Assembly: GCA_963665115.1 (NCBI GenBank)
Contig: OY762007.1
Span: 4,064,001 to 4,128,000 of the forward strand
Reading direction: 5' to 3'
Source: an uncultured Rivularia sp.
GTDB taxonomy: Bacteria > Cyanobacteriota > Cyanobacteriia > Cyanobacteriales > Nostocaceae
DNA: 64,000 bases
A program made the position numbers and the translations under genes. The notes below the pieces were generated by a model. The model had not been told where the DNA came from. It ran no database searches and worked only from the letters and a program-made list of their open reading frames with translations. Below, in pieces: positions 19,537 through 30,905 of this stretch. Numbering within the stretch: the first letter of the stretch is position 1; each line of letters starts with the position of its first letter.

Positions 19537-21456
19537 ATGGAAGCATCTTTTGACATCACCCTACAAATGGTGATTGCTGTCGTTGCAGGCATCAGCGCCC
19601 AAGTACTGGCTGCCTACGTTAAAGTGCCTAGCATCGTTTTTTTACTGCTGTTTGGTATCTTTTTAGGGTCGGATGGCATTGGGTTATTACATCCCCATTT
19701 GTTAGGCATTGGATTAGAAGTAATTGTTGCTCTAGCAACGGCAATAATTCTGTTTGAAGGCGGACTAGACTTAGAATTGCGAGAATTAGGCAGGGTTTCT
19801 ACTAGCCTGCAATTGCTCGTAACGTTAGGAACCTTAATTACATTAGTGGGCGGGAGCATGGCGGCTCATTGGCTGGGAGAGTTTCCTTGGCCAATTGCTT
19901 TTCTTTATGCTTCGATTGTGGTGGTAACAGGCCCTACAGTAGTTACTCCACTGCTCAAACAAATAAAAGTAGACCGGCAAGTCTCGACGCTTTTAGAAGG
20001 CGAGGGAATTCTCATCGATCCCGTAGGAGCAATTCTTGCGGTAGTTGTTCTCGATACTATTTTGAACGGCGATGCAGACCCTTTAAACGCCATCACTGGT
20101 TTGTTTGTGCGTTTGGGTATTGGTGCGGCAATCGGTGGAGTCGGCGGTTGGCTGCTATCGTTATTTTTCAAGCGAGCCAATATCTTGTCATTTGAACTCA
20201 AAAATCTGGTCGTACTTGCCTCTGTATGGGGCTTGTTTACTTTGGCGCAGATGATTCGCAGCGAATCGGGATTAATGACGACGGTAGTGGCAGGAGCTGT
20301 TTTCGCGAATTCATCGGTACCAGAAGAACGTTTGTTACGGCACTTTAAAGGTCAGCTAACAATTCTGTGTATATCGGTATTATTTGTCTTATTAGCGGCC
20401 GATCTATCTATCGCCAGCGTATTCGCTTTGGGCTGGGGTAGTTTATTCACCGTCTTGGCGCTAATGTTCGTAGTGCGACCGATTAATATTCTCTTATGTA
20501 CCTGGAACAGCGATCTTAACTGGAAACAAAAGGTATTTTTAAGTTGGGTTGCACCAAGGGGTATTGTTTCGGCATCGGTTGCTTCATTATTTGGTATCTT
20601 ACTGACGCAGCGCGGTATCAACGGTGGTGACGCAATTAAAGCTTTGGTGTTTTTGACAATATTGATGACAGTTTTTTGTCAAGGGCTTACGGCCGGATGG
20701 GTTGCAAAATTGCTGCAAATTACTTTAAAACAAGCAACTGGAGCGGTAATTGTCGGTTGCAATCCTTTAAGTATTTTGATTGCCCGCTTCTTTCAGGAGC
20801 GTGGAGAAACTGTAGTCATGATTGATACAGATCCAGAAGCTTCCGAGCAGGCACAAGCGCAAAATTTAAGGGTTTTGACTAGCAGTGCTTTGGATGCCAA
20901 TGTTTTAGAAGAAGCTGGACTTGATTCGGTAGGTACTTTTCTGGCTATGACCAATAACGGTGAAGTTAATTTTGTTTTAGCTCAACGAGCCGCTGAAGAA
21001 TTCGATCCGCCTCGTGTTTTAGCAGTCTATCCTCGCGACCCTCAAGCCCGCACCAAAAACAACAGTAAAGTCCTTCAAGCTTTTCTTCCCGATTTCAAAC
21101 TAAAAATTTGGAATCAACATCTGGCGGATGAGCAAGTCAAACTAGGAACTATGACTTTGAAAGATCCTGGTTTTTCTTTACAGAAAATTCAGTTACAAGC
21201 ATTAATCCGGACTGGGGACTTACTGCCGTTATTTGTAGAAAGAGACGATAAAATCAACCTGATTACCGCTGGTGAAACTTGGCAAGTTGGCGATCGCCTA
21301 ATTTACTTATTGCACGATCCCAGACCGGATTTGCTTAAACGCTTGTCTGGTGCTAATCAATCTACTCGTCTTTCTTTAGAAAATTTACCAGAAGTAGAAG
21401 AAATTCCCATCGGAAAATTATCTCAACTTTCTGCCACTGATGCGCCAACACCTTGA
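19537..21456 (+). CDS. CPA1 cation:proton antiporter with TrkA-N domain
   Basis: Multiple TM helices; ILFEGGL, TGPTV, LEGEGILIDP and APRGIV motifs; C-terminal RCK domain. Confidence 0.9.
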   Translation: MEASFDITLQMVIAVVAGISAQVLAAYVKVPSIVFLLLFGIFLGSDGIGLLHPHLLGIGLEVIVALATAIILFEGGLDLELRELGRVSTSLQLLVTLGTLITLVGGSMAAHWLGEFPWPIAFLYASIVVVTGPTVVTPLLKQIKVDRQVSTLLEGEGILIDPVGAILAVVVLDTILNGDADPLNAITGLFVRLGIGAAIGGVGGWLLSLFFKRANILSFELKNLVVLASVWGLFTLAQMIRSESGLMTTVVAGAVFANSSVPEERLLRHFKGQLTILCISVLFVLLAADLSIASVFALGWGSLFTVLALMFVVRPINILLCTWNSDLNWKQKVFLSWVAPRGIVSASVASLFGILLTQRGINGGDAIKALVFLTILMTVFCQGLTAGWVAKLLQITLKQATGAVIVGCNPLSILIARFFQERGETVVMIDTDPEASEQAQAQNLRVLTSSALDANVLEEAGLDSVGTFLAMTNNGEVNFVLAQRAAEEFDPPRVLAVYPRDPQARTKNNSKVLQAFLPDFKLKIWNQHLADEQVKLGTMTLKDPGFSLQKIQLQALIRTGDLLPLFVERDDKINLITAGETWQVGDRLIYLLHDPRPDLLKRLSGANQSTRLSLENLPEVEEIPIGKLSQLSATDAPTP

Positions 21457-22064
21457 ACTAGCTCTTGCGGTGTGCTGACTTGTTTTTCAACCGATAGTAC
21501 GCTGACTAAATGCACTACTGACAAAATAATCGCAGCAATTGAGAGAATGTAGCTGTGTATGGTGTACAGACGCTGAACTGTCAAAGTACTAACACCACTA
21601 CCACCAGTCAGAATTTCTCTTAACTGCTGGCCGATAAAAGGAATTGCCTCAATGGTTCCTAATTCGATATTAAAGCGCCAAAATCCAACTTGATCCCAGC
21701 CCAAAATCATCGATGTCCAGCTTAATCCGATTACGCTCAAGGTTAAAAATATTCCACTAACCCAGGCTGTATACCAGGTTTTGGTAAATTTTCTACCTAA
21801 AAACATCACCACAATCTGAATCAAAGCAGCAACAATTATCCCATTACCAGCAATATAGTGAGCTTTACGGAATAACCAGCCGTACTGTATTTGTTCGGTT
21901 ATCATCTTCAATGACTGATAAGCCCTACCAGAAGCTGGTTCGTAATAGATCGAGAGCAGAATACCCGTACTAGCAGCAATCAAACTTAAAGTCAAAATCA
22001 CTACCGATACAATCGTCGCCGTCCGTCGCATCACTATGTCAAATCGGCTTTCTTGAGCAAGCAT
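21423..22064 (-). CDS. Cytochrome b6-like (cytochrome b N-terminal domain) protein
   Basis: TG.LL..YY.P...AY.S, GW..R..H, W.SG, L.WDQ.G.W, T..R.Y..H. Confidence 0.85.
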   Translation of the reverse strand: MLAQESRFDIVMRRTATIVSVVILTLSLIAASTGILLSIYYEPASGRAYQSLKMITEQIQYGWLFRKAHYIAGNGIIVAALIQIVVMFLGRKFTKTWYTAWVSGIFLTLSVIGLSWTSMILGWDQVGFWRFNIELGTIEAIPFIGQQLREILTGGSGVSTLTVQRLYTIHSYILSIAAIILSVVHLVSVLSVEKQVSTPQELVQGVGASVAES

Positions 22065-22147
22065 AGAATCTTCCTTTCTTAAAAAATATTTACAATTATT
22101 ACGATCTTAGCTAAGAAATATTAAAATATTCATTAAGAAGTATACAT

Positions 22148-22840
22148 TTATGCTAAGTATTGCGACCAAATTGATAAAGATTGTTGCGAACCATACCAAG
22201 CTTTGGGACTTCTAGGAGAATGCATCACATTTTCAATAACTAAATTCCTTGCTCCTTCTAGATGAGCGGCTTCGATAGGCGTGATTCCATCTCCCCAAGT
22301 GTTCCCGTTACCGCAAGTTAATTTATAGCTACTGAAAGCCAGCCAGTTTCCAAACTTTCTTTTACCAAAAACTGTTTTTCCTGCAACACAGGTGTAATCA
22401 ACATTTTGATGAAATGCACCGGGGTAATTATTATTGACAAAATCCAAATTCCACTGAGTCCAACGTTCCAAGCTGGTGTGAGGTGTACCCAAAGTTACAA
22501 GAGTGGCAACTTTTGGATGAGCTTTCCACGTCAATAAATTGAGGTTGGGCTTGCCATAAGGTACATCTCCCAAATAGATACGCGATATCCAACCTCCTGC
22601 GGAGTGACCAATTAAATTAATTTGAGAAACACCTTTTTGCTGTAAAATATGCTCTACCGTGCAGTCTAACTGTTTCAAAATCGGAGATACAGGTCTTCCT
22701 CCTAAAGTAGCTATCCAATCGCGTCGTTGTAGCGGTACCGTAATTGTAGGAAAACCTAAATTTTGCAATGATTTCTCTAACTTATAGTAAGCTTCAGCGC
22801 TTTCAAGAAATCCGGGTAAAATAACTGTAGGTAAAGACAT
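22148..22840 (-). CDS. Alpha/beta hydrolase (lipase/esterase, PGAP1-like)
   Basis: GHSAGG nucleophile elbow, LGTPH, GDGITP. Confidence 0.85.
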   Translation of the reverse strand: MSLPTVILPGFLESAEAYYKLEKSLQNLGFPTITVPLQRRDWIATLGGRPVSPILKQLDCTVEHILQQKGVSQINLIGHSAGGWISRIYLGDVPYGKPNLNLLTWKAHPKVATLVTLGTPHTSLERWTQWNLDFVNNNYPGAFHQNVDYTCVAGKTVFGKRKFGNWLAFSSYKLTCGNGNTWGDGITPIEAAHLEGARNLVIENVMHSPRSPKAWYGSQQSLSIWSQYLA

Positions 22841-23533
22841 TGTGGTACTTTTATTCTTCGATATTAGCGGAATTTAAGACTCAATACTTGCCAAAAAATA
22901 ACTAAATGTATAACTTATACGTAAGTAGATACAGAGATTAGTGTTATGCGAACATTGCTAGTGAATGGAGATAACCTATAATTAATGATTGTCTCAGCCT
23001 TACTGCTTGAAAGGTATTTTTTGAAATACAGCTTAAACTTCTGTTCCGTAGAAGATATTAAGTTCTTCAGTTTTGGCTAAAAATTAGCTAGAACAGTGCC
23101 TGTTGGATTATTTATTTTCTTCAACAGATAATAGTTAGGCGCAATCGATCGTAAAAATAAGCAAAAACTTCCGGAGCCTAGTATAGATTTTGTAAAAAAA
23201 GATATAAGCATTTTTTTTGAAGATGGTATATATACTTATATTGTTTTTTAAATAGTTTTAAGATGATAATTTTTCTTCATCCTTTAATACGGCAAGCACT
23301 ACTCCTGTAAGAGAATAAGTTCGCATTTATTTAATACATCACGACTTGCATGAATCAACCGTTCCTGCAACTGGCAATATTGTTATTATTAGTCTTGCCA
23401 CAAAAAGCTATTATTTTTAGAGGGACGCATCTTAAAGGGCTTGCCGCAATCAAATAATTATTGCCTGAAATTACTGCCTGATATATTAAATTGCTAGTCA
23501 ACCGCAACCTAAGTAAAGTAAGCGATAACAGCC

Positions 23534-25256
23534 ATGTCTTACGTCTCAGTACTCAAAAATATACCCGAATTCCTTAGCCAACCGGCTGGAATAGCAGCCA
23601 TAGCATCCGTCGGCATACATGGAGCTATTGCTTTCATCCTGCCTTTAATGCCTGTTGATTCCAACTCCAAACCAAAGCAAAAAGCAGAGACGGAAAGTGT
23701 CGGAATAATGGAGTTATCTCAGGCGGAACAAAATAGATTACCTCAAACAAAGCGGCCTCAAATTTCAGCTTTACCGACGGTTCCCTTACAGCCTGGAATT
23801 ACTTTACCTAACTTTGCGACTCGACCGACTCCGTTAGATAAACTACCAGCAAGTCCTGACTCCACAAAGGTGATATTACCACCTTTACCTAAGTCCGGGA
23901 CGAATCCCAATATTTCACCTTTACCTAGAAGTGGTTCTTTACCGATACTTCCCCAGCCGAACTTCAACTCTTCATTTAACGCTAAAGCGAAATCTGGCGG
24001 CTCGTATCGTCGTTACAATCAGAAAATCAACTTAGGAAACCCGACACCATTGATTTCTAAAAGAAGCACGCCGTCGAGATCGGCAGCTTCTCGTAACATA
24101 CCTCCAATACAGTCGGCACCAGTACCAGATTTTGCGAATATTCCAGCACCACCACCTCTTCCTCCTATGGGGAATCCCGGCATTAGTACAGGTAATAGCG
24201 TGGCGATTAATCCACTAAGTAATCCAGGCGTTAATAATAATGCTGTAAATCAACCCAGGAGAGTTAGCCCCGAAGATTTTATTGCCCCTACCAACAGAAA
24301 CATTCCTAAACCTGGTGATAAACTAACTTTAGCAGGACAAAATTTGCAGCAATGGGGACAGCAGTCATCTGGCAGTAGAAGGATTGTGCTACCAGAGCAA
24401 CCATCAGCAAATGCAAGTACAATTACAGCGCCCCAAAATAGCAAAATATCACCTCAGAATTCAACAACTTTAGCTCTTGCAAAACAGTTTGACGAAGTTA
24501 AGCAAAAGTATCCAAATTTTGAAACTAAAGAACCGATTTCCGAGGTAATTAAAATAAAGCCAGGAAGAGAAGGTAAAGTCGAGGGAACTTTAGTAATTGA
24601 TTCTGACGGCAAAGCTGATTATTTAAAGTACGTCGATCGCTCAGTTTCGTCTAAATTAAAAAAAGAAACTAGAAATTATTTCAGAAACTATTTCAAGGAA
24701 AATCCCATTCGTAAAAATGGTAAAGCGAAAGTATACGCATTTACCCTTGATTTTAAATCTGATGCAGTTAATACTGTTGAATTTTCCAAGCCTCAAGATA
24801 AATTAGTCGATCGTTTGCGTGATGCTAAAGATGAGCCAGCCCAGAAAAAGCCGGAAAATTTATCTAGAAGTTCGGCTCCGGTAAAAATTGATGTACAACC
24901 GTCTCCCGGTGCGGTAGTTGTTCCGACTCAGACAGCCCCAGCCAAGATCAAGCCACAGGTTCAGATAAGAACCAAGAAGCCCACATCTGGAGCGCAGAAT
25001 AGCGATAAGCGACCCTGTAGAAGTGCGACTCAGAAACAGTCAGGAAATGCCCAAGGTACCATCAATGCCTAAGCCCCAGGCGCGAGTTAACGTCAAGGAA
25101 CCCGCACCGCAAGCTACTTCTAAACCATCACTTTCTTCAAGGCTGAGAAATCTTAAAGAAGAATCTGAAGATAATTCTAAAAAAACTTCTGATGATTCTA
25201 AGGAGCTAATTCAACGACTACGTAAAATTCAAGAGCGCAGAGAAAATTCCAATTAA
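23534..25256 (+). CDS. Proline-rich membrane-anchored hypothetical protein (apparent frameshift at ~24980-25015)
   Basis: N-terminal anchor ASVGIHG; ORF 23534-25072 continues into 25023-25256 in another frame. Confidence 0.65.
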
Positions 25257-25288
25257 GGAAAAATTCTCAGACAACTAAAGCATAAATA

Positions 25289-25330
25289 AAAAGATCGAGA
25301 CGTAGCAGTACTACGTCTCGATCTTTTTTT
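25289..25330. terminator. Bidirectional terminator / REP-like hairpin
   Basis: AAAGATCGAGACGTAG..CTACGTCTCGATCTTTT between convergent genes. Confidence 0.75.
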
Positions 25331-25446
25331 CTTGTCAAAATTCATTAAAATAGGTGACGAATAATTCAACCCTTACAACTTCATCAAGGATAAAATTTCA
25401 TCGTCATCTAAATTAAAATTCTAAATGAGCAATACGCTCAATCTTT

Positions 25447-25863
25447 CTATTCAACAATAACTTTACCGACCATACCAGCACCACGGTGAGGTTCGCAGTA
25501 GAAAGTATACTCACCAGCAGGCGCATCTGCTGGAATAGTGCTTGTAAATTCTTGTCCGGGACTCATTACCAACTGCTTGTGAGAAAGTTCTTTAGCTAAA
25601 TCCGCGCTCTTTGCAGGGTTTTGAGCAGCATCGAATACAACGTTGTGGGGAGGAACTTTGTTGTTCACCCATTTAATTGTGTCGCCCGCTTTAACTGATA
25701 ACTTAGCTGGTTCAAACGCCAGCATACCTTTGTCGCTACCTAACTTTACAGTAAATGTTTCAGCCGCAGCATTAGGGGCAAAAGCCACGAAACTGCTGAC
25801 GACTAACAGCATAGTCAAAGCAGCTAAGCCGAAACGGCGTAAAGTGGACGCAATCAATTTCAT
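25447..25863 (-). CDS. petE: Plastocyanin
   Basis: PHNVVF and [10 protein letters not shown] copper ligands; signal peptide. Confidence 0.96.
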   Translation of the reverse strand: MKLIASTLRRFGLAALTMLLVVSSFVAFAPNAAAETFTVKLGSDKGMLAFEPAKLSVKAGDTIKWVNNKVPPHNVVFDAAQNPAKSADLAKELSHKQLVMSPGQEFTSTIPADAPAGEYTFYCEPHRGAGMVGKVIVE

Positions 25864-26060
25864 GGAATTCTCCGTGAGCAACAGTTTTTATTATCTTTCT
25901 TCTATTTTAAATAAAATTGCGACCAAATACGACAATATGTCATAGATAAAAATTTTTGTAACTATTTGTAAATAAAGGACGTAATTTGGCTGTCAACTTT
26001 ATGGCTGAAGAAGGAAGTAGGGAATGGGGAACAGTTTGGAAAACCTTTAAAAGATAGATT

Positions 26061-26192
26061 GTACTCCACCACGATAATTCTGCGGGGTTCTGGGAGTGCG
26101 AGCCGGAAAGCTCGCTGGTTGTCAAGAGGGAGCGAGACGCTCCCACTACATTTTGATTACCCCGCAAAAGTAATGTGGTGGAATAGTAGTAC
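26061..26192. mobile_element. Small MITE-like element with imperfect terminal inverted repeats
   Basis: TCCACCAC.AT.A.T.TGCGGGG inverted at both ends; internal GGGAGCGAGACGCTCCC hairpin also present at ~37226. Confidence 0.55.
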
Positions 26193-26285
26193 TCCACCAG
26201 CTTGGGCGGGTAAACAATTAGCTGTAACTGTAAGTATTAGAGCAGTCGAAACCAAGAACAAACGAGTTATAAATTGATACAGCAT
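26157..26285 (-). pseudogene. Signal-peptide remnant, probably of psbV2
   Basis: MLYQFITRLFLVSTALILTVTANCLPAQAG then runs into the MITE; occupies the psbV-[psbV2]-petE position. Confidence 0.45.
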
Positions 26286-26401
26286 CGTTAATGGAAGCAA
26301 AAATGAAATAATCATCGATCTATAGTCAGCAAATCATTAATTTTGATTTACCAACTAGAGACCAATGATTAGACTTTACTGACTACAAAATAATCGAAAG
26401 T

Positions 26402-26893
26402 TTAGTAGTAAATCTTACCACCACCCCATTTCTGACCGACAATCTTAGGTTGCAGGAGAACATGACCGGCGATCGCCTCTAAATCTTCCTCAGTTAAATT
26501 ACGCATTTCTTTGTAAATATCTGCACTTTTCAAGCTAGGATGCAATTCAGAAATCTCAACTTCTCCATCATAGGTAGTGGGATTTTTCATATAGTCCACT
26601 AAACCCTCGATGTTATCGCGAGGTGGAGTTGCTAATGCCAAAGTTTCAGGATCTAATCCGACGTTTTGGTTTGTTTTGGTTACGCCACCAGCATGACACT
26701 GGGCACAAGTGTCATTGAATAGACGTTTACCTCTTTGAACTTCTTTTAAGCTCAGTACATAGTTATCGCCTTGTTCGTTCAAAGGCACCGTGCGAGTACC
26801 TTCATCAAGTTCTACTGCTGAAGCGCTACCGACAAATAACTGAAAACTCAGGAACGCACCAGCAATAAAAATGCTAATTAATCTTGTTATCAT
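26402..26893 (-). CDS. psbV: Cytochrome c-550
   Basis: CAQCH heme motif, KTNQNVGL, PTTYDG, WGGGKIYY. Confidence 0.96.
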   Translation of the reverse strand: MITRLISIFIAGAFLSFQLFVGSASAVELDEGTRTVPLNEQGDNYVLSLKEVQRGKRLFNDTCAQCHAGGVTKTNQNVGLDPETLALATPPRDNIEGLVDYMKNPTTYDGEVEISELHPSLKSADIYKEMRNLTEEDLEAIAGHVLLQPKIVGQKWGGGKIYY

Positions 26894-27397
26894 GTTTCCC
26901 CTCAAAGATTCTAATGCTCAACACAGCTTCGGACAGCGATGCTTATTTTCTTATTGCTAAAGTCAACACAAAAAGTGTTTTTTGCTATTAACCCGCTTGT
27001 TGTTGGTAACTTCGGTTTTATTTAAAGCTAAGCACCGATTAAGCAGGAATTTTTCAGACAAAAATTAGAAAATAAATAAATTGCGGTATTCTCAAACGTC
27101 ATTACGCTGGAATTTATAAATATTTGTATAAATATTTGTAAACTATTACCCATTAGACGTACAAAGAAAGTCTGTTTCAGCCTTTTTGAGCTGTAATAGA
27201 CCGTGATTTCCGCGATTCCACCGGCTTGTAAAACCCATAATGGTCGTTAACTCAGACAATAAGATAATCGCTGCTTTAATACAATTATCACTCTAAGCGT
27301 GCAATTTGTTCCCTTAAGTACTTTTTGAAGTTAGGAGATGGGGAGAGGGGGAGATGGGGGACGAGGGGACAAGAAGACAAGAGGAAATCTAATTTTT

Positions 27398-27561
27398 TTG
27401 ACTCTCCACACTCCTAAAGGGAGTGGGATTCATATGGAATAGTTAGAATATCCATATTATCCATTCTTTTAATCTAACAGGTTCCCCGGCTCACTCTGTT
27501 CTCCTGAAACGGAAGAGTGATATCTCCGTCTTCTGCGCTAATTCGCATGAAGGGGTAGTAA
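27398..27561 (-). mobile_element. Orphan IS200/IS605 right end (omegaRNA-like remnant)
   Basis: Minus strand GAATCCCACTCCCTTTAGGAGTGTGGAGAG-TCAA hairpin plus TCAA terminus. Confidence 0.55.
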
Positions 27562-29077
27562 CTGTTATCTAATTTATACCCATAAATAGACATATTTACC
27601 CATATTGTCCAGATATCGTGTTAAGTGTGTAATACGTATTTACGTAAAGTCTGCCGTGGGGAGTATCCCCACGGCGAGCTTTACAGTAAAGCGATGGTTA
27701 AAGGTTGTTTATTCTACTAATGGTTGCCAACGGCTGCCAATTGAATTTTAAGAATTAATAACTTTAACATTTATACTATTAATGATAGTAGTAAGGATGA
27801 TATGTTTATATCTAATAACCTAAAAGATAGATAGTTTATATTTATAAAAATTGAAAACGTAAATTTTATACAATGTTACTCGGATTTAAAACAGAATTAA
27901 AATTAAATAATAATCAAAGAACTGTTTTACTCAAACATTGTGGAGTTTCTAGACATGCTTGGAATTGGGGATTAGCATTAACCTGGGCAATATTAGAAAA
28001 CAATTTTATTAATCCCGATTCTAAAATAAAATTTCCAAGTGCAATTGATTTACATAAGTACTTAGTAGCTTTAGTCAAACCAGAAAACCTTTGGTACTAT
28101 GAGTGTTCTAAGTCTGCACCGCAATCAGCATTGAGAGATTTATCTACTGCGTGGAAACGATGCTTTAAAAAAATTAGTGGTCAACCAAGATTTAAGAAGA
28201 AAGGAAAAAATGATTCATTTACTTTAGAGGGAATTTGTAAGATTATAGATAGTTTTACTATTCAAGTTCCAAAAATAGGTAAATTAAAAACATATGAGAA
28301 ATTGCCCCAACTAGATAAAATAAAATCTGTAACGATATCCCGACAAGCTGATAGGTGGTTTATTAGTTTTAAAATTGATACCCAAATTCAAGAAAATCAT
28401 CATACAACTGTTGTAGGGGTTGATTTAGGTGTCAAATCTCTGGCGACTTTATCGACAGGTGAAGTTATAGAAGGAGCGAAAGCATATCGTAAAAATAAGA
28501 CGAAATTATCACGATTGCAGTGGTTAAATCGCAATAAAATAATTGGTTCTAAGAATTGGAAAAAGGCTCAACTGAAAATAGCTCGACTTCATAGAAGAAT
28601 TTCTAATATAAGAAAAGATACAATTCATAAATTGACTTCATTATTAGCCAAGAACCACGGAACGATAGTGATAGAAGATTTAAACGTATCGGGGATGATG
28701 AAAAATCATAAATTAGCCGGTGCAATTTCTGACATGGGTTTTTACGAAGTTAGAAGACAACTTGAATACAAATGTAAATTGTACGGTTCTAACTTAGTTG
28801 TAGTAGATAGATGGTTCCCATCCTCTAAAACTTGTTCTAATTGTGGTCATAAAAAAGAAATACTCTTCTTAAGTGAAAGAGTTTTTGATTGTGAGAACTG
28901 TAACTCAAAAATTGATCGCGATCTGAATGCAGCAATCAATTTATGTAAGGCTGTCAGTTAGACAGTTTCAGCCTGTGGATGGGAAGTAGCCGACTACCCC
29001 AGTTTGAAGCAGGAAGTAAACACGCTTATTGCTATATGTCTAGTTATGGATAGTTTTGGGTAAGTTTTATGTAACGG
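27562..29077 (+). mobile_element. IS607-like non-autonomous element (tnpB only)
   Basis: Ends carry related ~11-bp repeats (TACCCA/TAGACATA) in inverted orientation; right end ...TTTTATGTAACGG; no recombinase ORF. Confidence 0.65.
27873..28961 (+). CDS. tnpB: RNA-guided endonuclease TnpB
   Basis: GVDLG, IEDLNVSGM, CSNC..CENC, DRDLNAA. Confidence 0.94.
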   Translation: MLLGFKTELKLNNNQRTVLLKHCGVSRHAWNWGLALTWAILENNFINPDSKIKFPSAIDLHKYLVALVKPENLWYYECSKSAPQSALRDLSTAWKRCFKKISGQPRFKKKGKNDSFTLEGICKIIDSFTIQVPKIGKLKTYEKLPQLDKIKSVTISRQADRWFISFKIDTQIQENHHTTVVGVDLGVKSLATLSTGEVIEGAKAYRKNKTKLSRLQWLNRNKIIGSKNWKKAQLKIARLHRRISNIRKDTIHKLTSLLAKNHGTIVIEDLNVSGMMKNHKLAGAISDMGFYEVRRQLEYKCKLYGSNLVVVDRWFPSSKTCSNCGHKKEILFLSERVFDCENCNSKIDRDLNAAINLCKAVS

Positions 29078-29240
29078 TAAAGTTCTTAGGTAAGAAATTT
29101 GCTTCTCCTGCGACTATTTCTGTTAGCGGTTTAAACGATGCTGAAAGTGCCCACAGAAAAGGAATCAAAGTAATAATTGCATACAGAGCTAAAACTGAAT
29201 AAAGCAGTATCTTTAGCAACAAACTCCAGTTTCTATTCAA
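29078..29240 (-). pseudogene. Carbohydrate ABC permease 2 (MalG-like), 5' fragment cut by the IS
   Basis: TTG start overlaps the upstream stop; reads LLKILLYSVLALYAIITLIPFLWALSASFKPLTEIVAGEANFLPKNF and ends at the IS boundary. Confidence 0.8.
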
Positions 29241-30142
29241 TTTCCGCCTCCAAAGAGTCGCCGCTGAATTAAGGTTATAGCTATGATTACTACTGCTAAA
29301 ACAAAAGCTATAGCCGCTGCATATCCCATTTGCAAGTTACGAAATAGGGCTTGATATATTAATAAGACTACAGTTAATGTGGCGTTATTCGGGCCACCCG
29401 TACCTTTGGAAAAGATATAAGATTGGTCAAATAGTTGAAAGGTACCGATTATTCCCATTGCTACCACAAAAAAGGTAACTGGATTGAGCATGGGAATAGT
29501 GATATTGATAAATTTGTGCCATTCATTTGCACCGTCTAACTCTGCTGCTTCGTAAAGATATTTGGGTATGTCTTGTAAACCAGCTAAATAAATGACCATG
29601 AAAAACGGTGCAGTTGACCAAATATTCATAATCATGATGGCTTTGAGGGCAACTGCGGGATCTCCCAACCAGTTATATGTAGGAAATCCAATCGCGCTTA
29701 AAAAATCATTCAGCAGTCCATTGGTGTTGTAAATCCACATGAATATCAGTGTCAATACCGCAGAAGATGTGACTGTAGGTAGAAAGAAAAGAACGCGCCA
29801 CCAGCTTTTACCCTGAATGCCGGAATTAAGAGTAACAGCTAAGAATAAAGCTAATATAGTTTGCGAAGGTACGACAATTGCCACGTATTCTGCTGTATTT
29901 TTCAGAGCAATCCACACCCGTTCATCTTCAACTAACTGGCTGAAATTACGAAAACCAATAAACTCATATTCAATACCACCCAGAAGCTGCACTTTTTGTA
30001 GAGAGAGAAATACAGCATAAAGTATGGGTAGCACCACAAAAATTCCCAAAACCAGAATAGTTGGTGCGAGGAAAAGATATCCAGCTAGATTTTCTGTTAA
30101 ACGAGCGTTTGTATGATGATTTCGTCTGGTTAATTGCTGCAA
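29237..30142 (-). CDS. Carbohydrate ABC transporter permease (MalF/UgpA-like)
   Basis: EAA motif LYEAAELDGA; FIGFRNF; GYAAAIAF. Confidence 0.92.
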   Translation of the reverse strand: MQQLTRRNHHTNARLTENLAGYLFLAPTILVLGIFVVLPILYAVFLSLQKVQLLGGIEYEFIGFRNFSQLVEDERVWIALKNTAEYVAIVVPSQTILALFLAVTLNSGIQGKSWWRVLFFLPTVTSSAVLTLIFMWIYNTNGLLNDFLSAIGFPTYNWLGDPAVALKAIMIMNIWSTAPFFMVIYLAGLQDIPKYLYEAAELDGANEWHKFINITIPMLNPVTFFVVAMGIIGTFQLFDQSYIFSKGTGGPNNATLTVVLLIYQALFRNLQMGYAAAIAFVLAVVIIAITLIQRRLFGGGN

Positions 30143-30275
30143 CAGAACTCAACCTTTTATTTTTGCATCACAAAAAATTGTAGCGATAAGCGATGCGTAT
30201 GGATAGTTAAGAGTTAGGAGTTAGGAGTTGGGAGTTGGTGTTATTCCCCTTGTCTCCTTGTCTCCCTATCCTGCT

Positions 30276-30647
30276 TTAATAATACGAACGATCTTGAAGT
30301 TCTGCTTGGGGTGTAAAACCTTTCTGCTGCAAACAATTTTTGAATTCAATTTCTGACTGACTTAATTTGGGGTTATCTGTAACGTCATATATTCTTTCTA
30401 ATTGGTCGTTTTTCATTTCTGATAGGGCATTGGCGATACGATTGCCCGCGTCTTGTTCTTGAATGGTTAATTTTGCGGGTAAACAACTGGCGATCGCCTG
30501 AATTCTTTTGCTATTTTCAATGGTAGGTACTACTGAATTTCCAGCTGCTTGTGCCTGCTGTATGGTTCCTATCCAAACGGTAATTACTAGTAAACCGCTT
30601 AGAACTGCTGCTCCTAATTGCTTGAATAAATTTTTGAAATCGGTCAT
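30276..30647 (-). CDS. Hypothetical exported protein
   Basis: Signal peptide ending AQA. Confidence 0.65.
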   Translation of the reverse strand: MTDFKNLFKQLGAAVLSGLLVITVWIGTIQQAQAAGNSVVPTIENSKRIQAIASCLPAKLTIQEQDAGNRIANALSEMKNDQLERIYDVTDNPKLSQSEIEFKNCLQQKGFTPQAELQDRSYY

Positions 30648-30905
30648 TAAATTTTTTACCTGATGTGATTTATGAGTGCGGATTAATTAACTCAATTTTT
30701 GAGCAATCAATATCTAATACCAGATAACTATATTTCCTAGCTTTTAAGCTCCATCGCAGATAAGACTTGCTTCTATGCCTGTAGAAAGAATTCTTAAGAG
30801 CAGTTTCGGTTAATTAAAATGAAAAAATATAGTGTTTCATTGCCTTTTAAGTTTAAGCTTCGCGAAAATTATTAAAATATAAAATCTAACTAAGGGTATA
30901 TTGCG

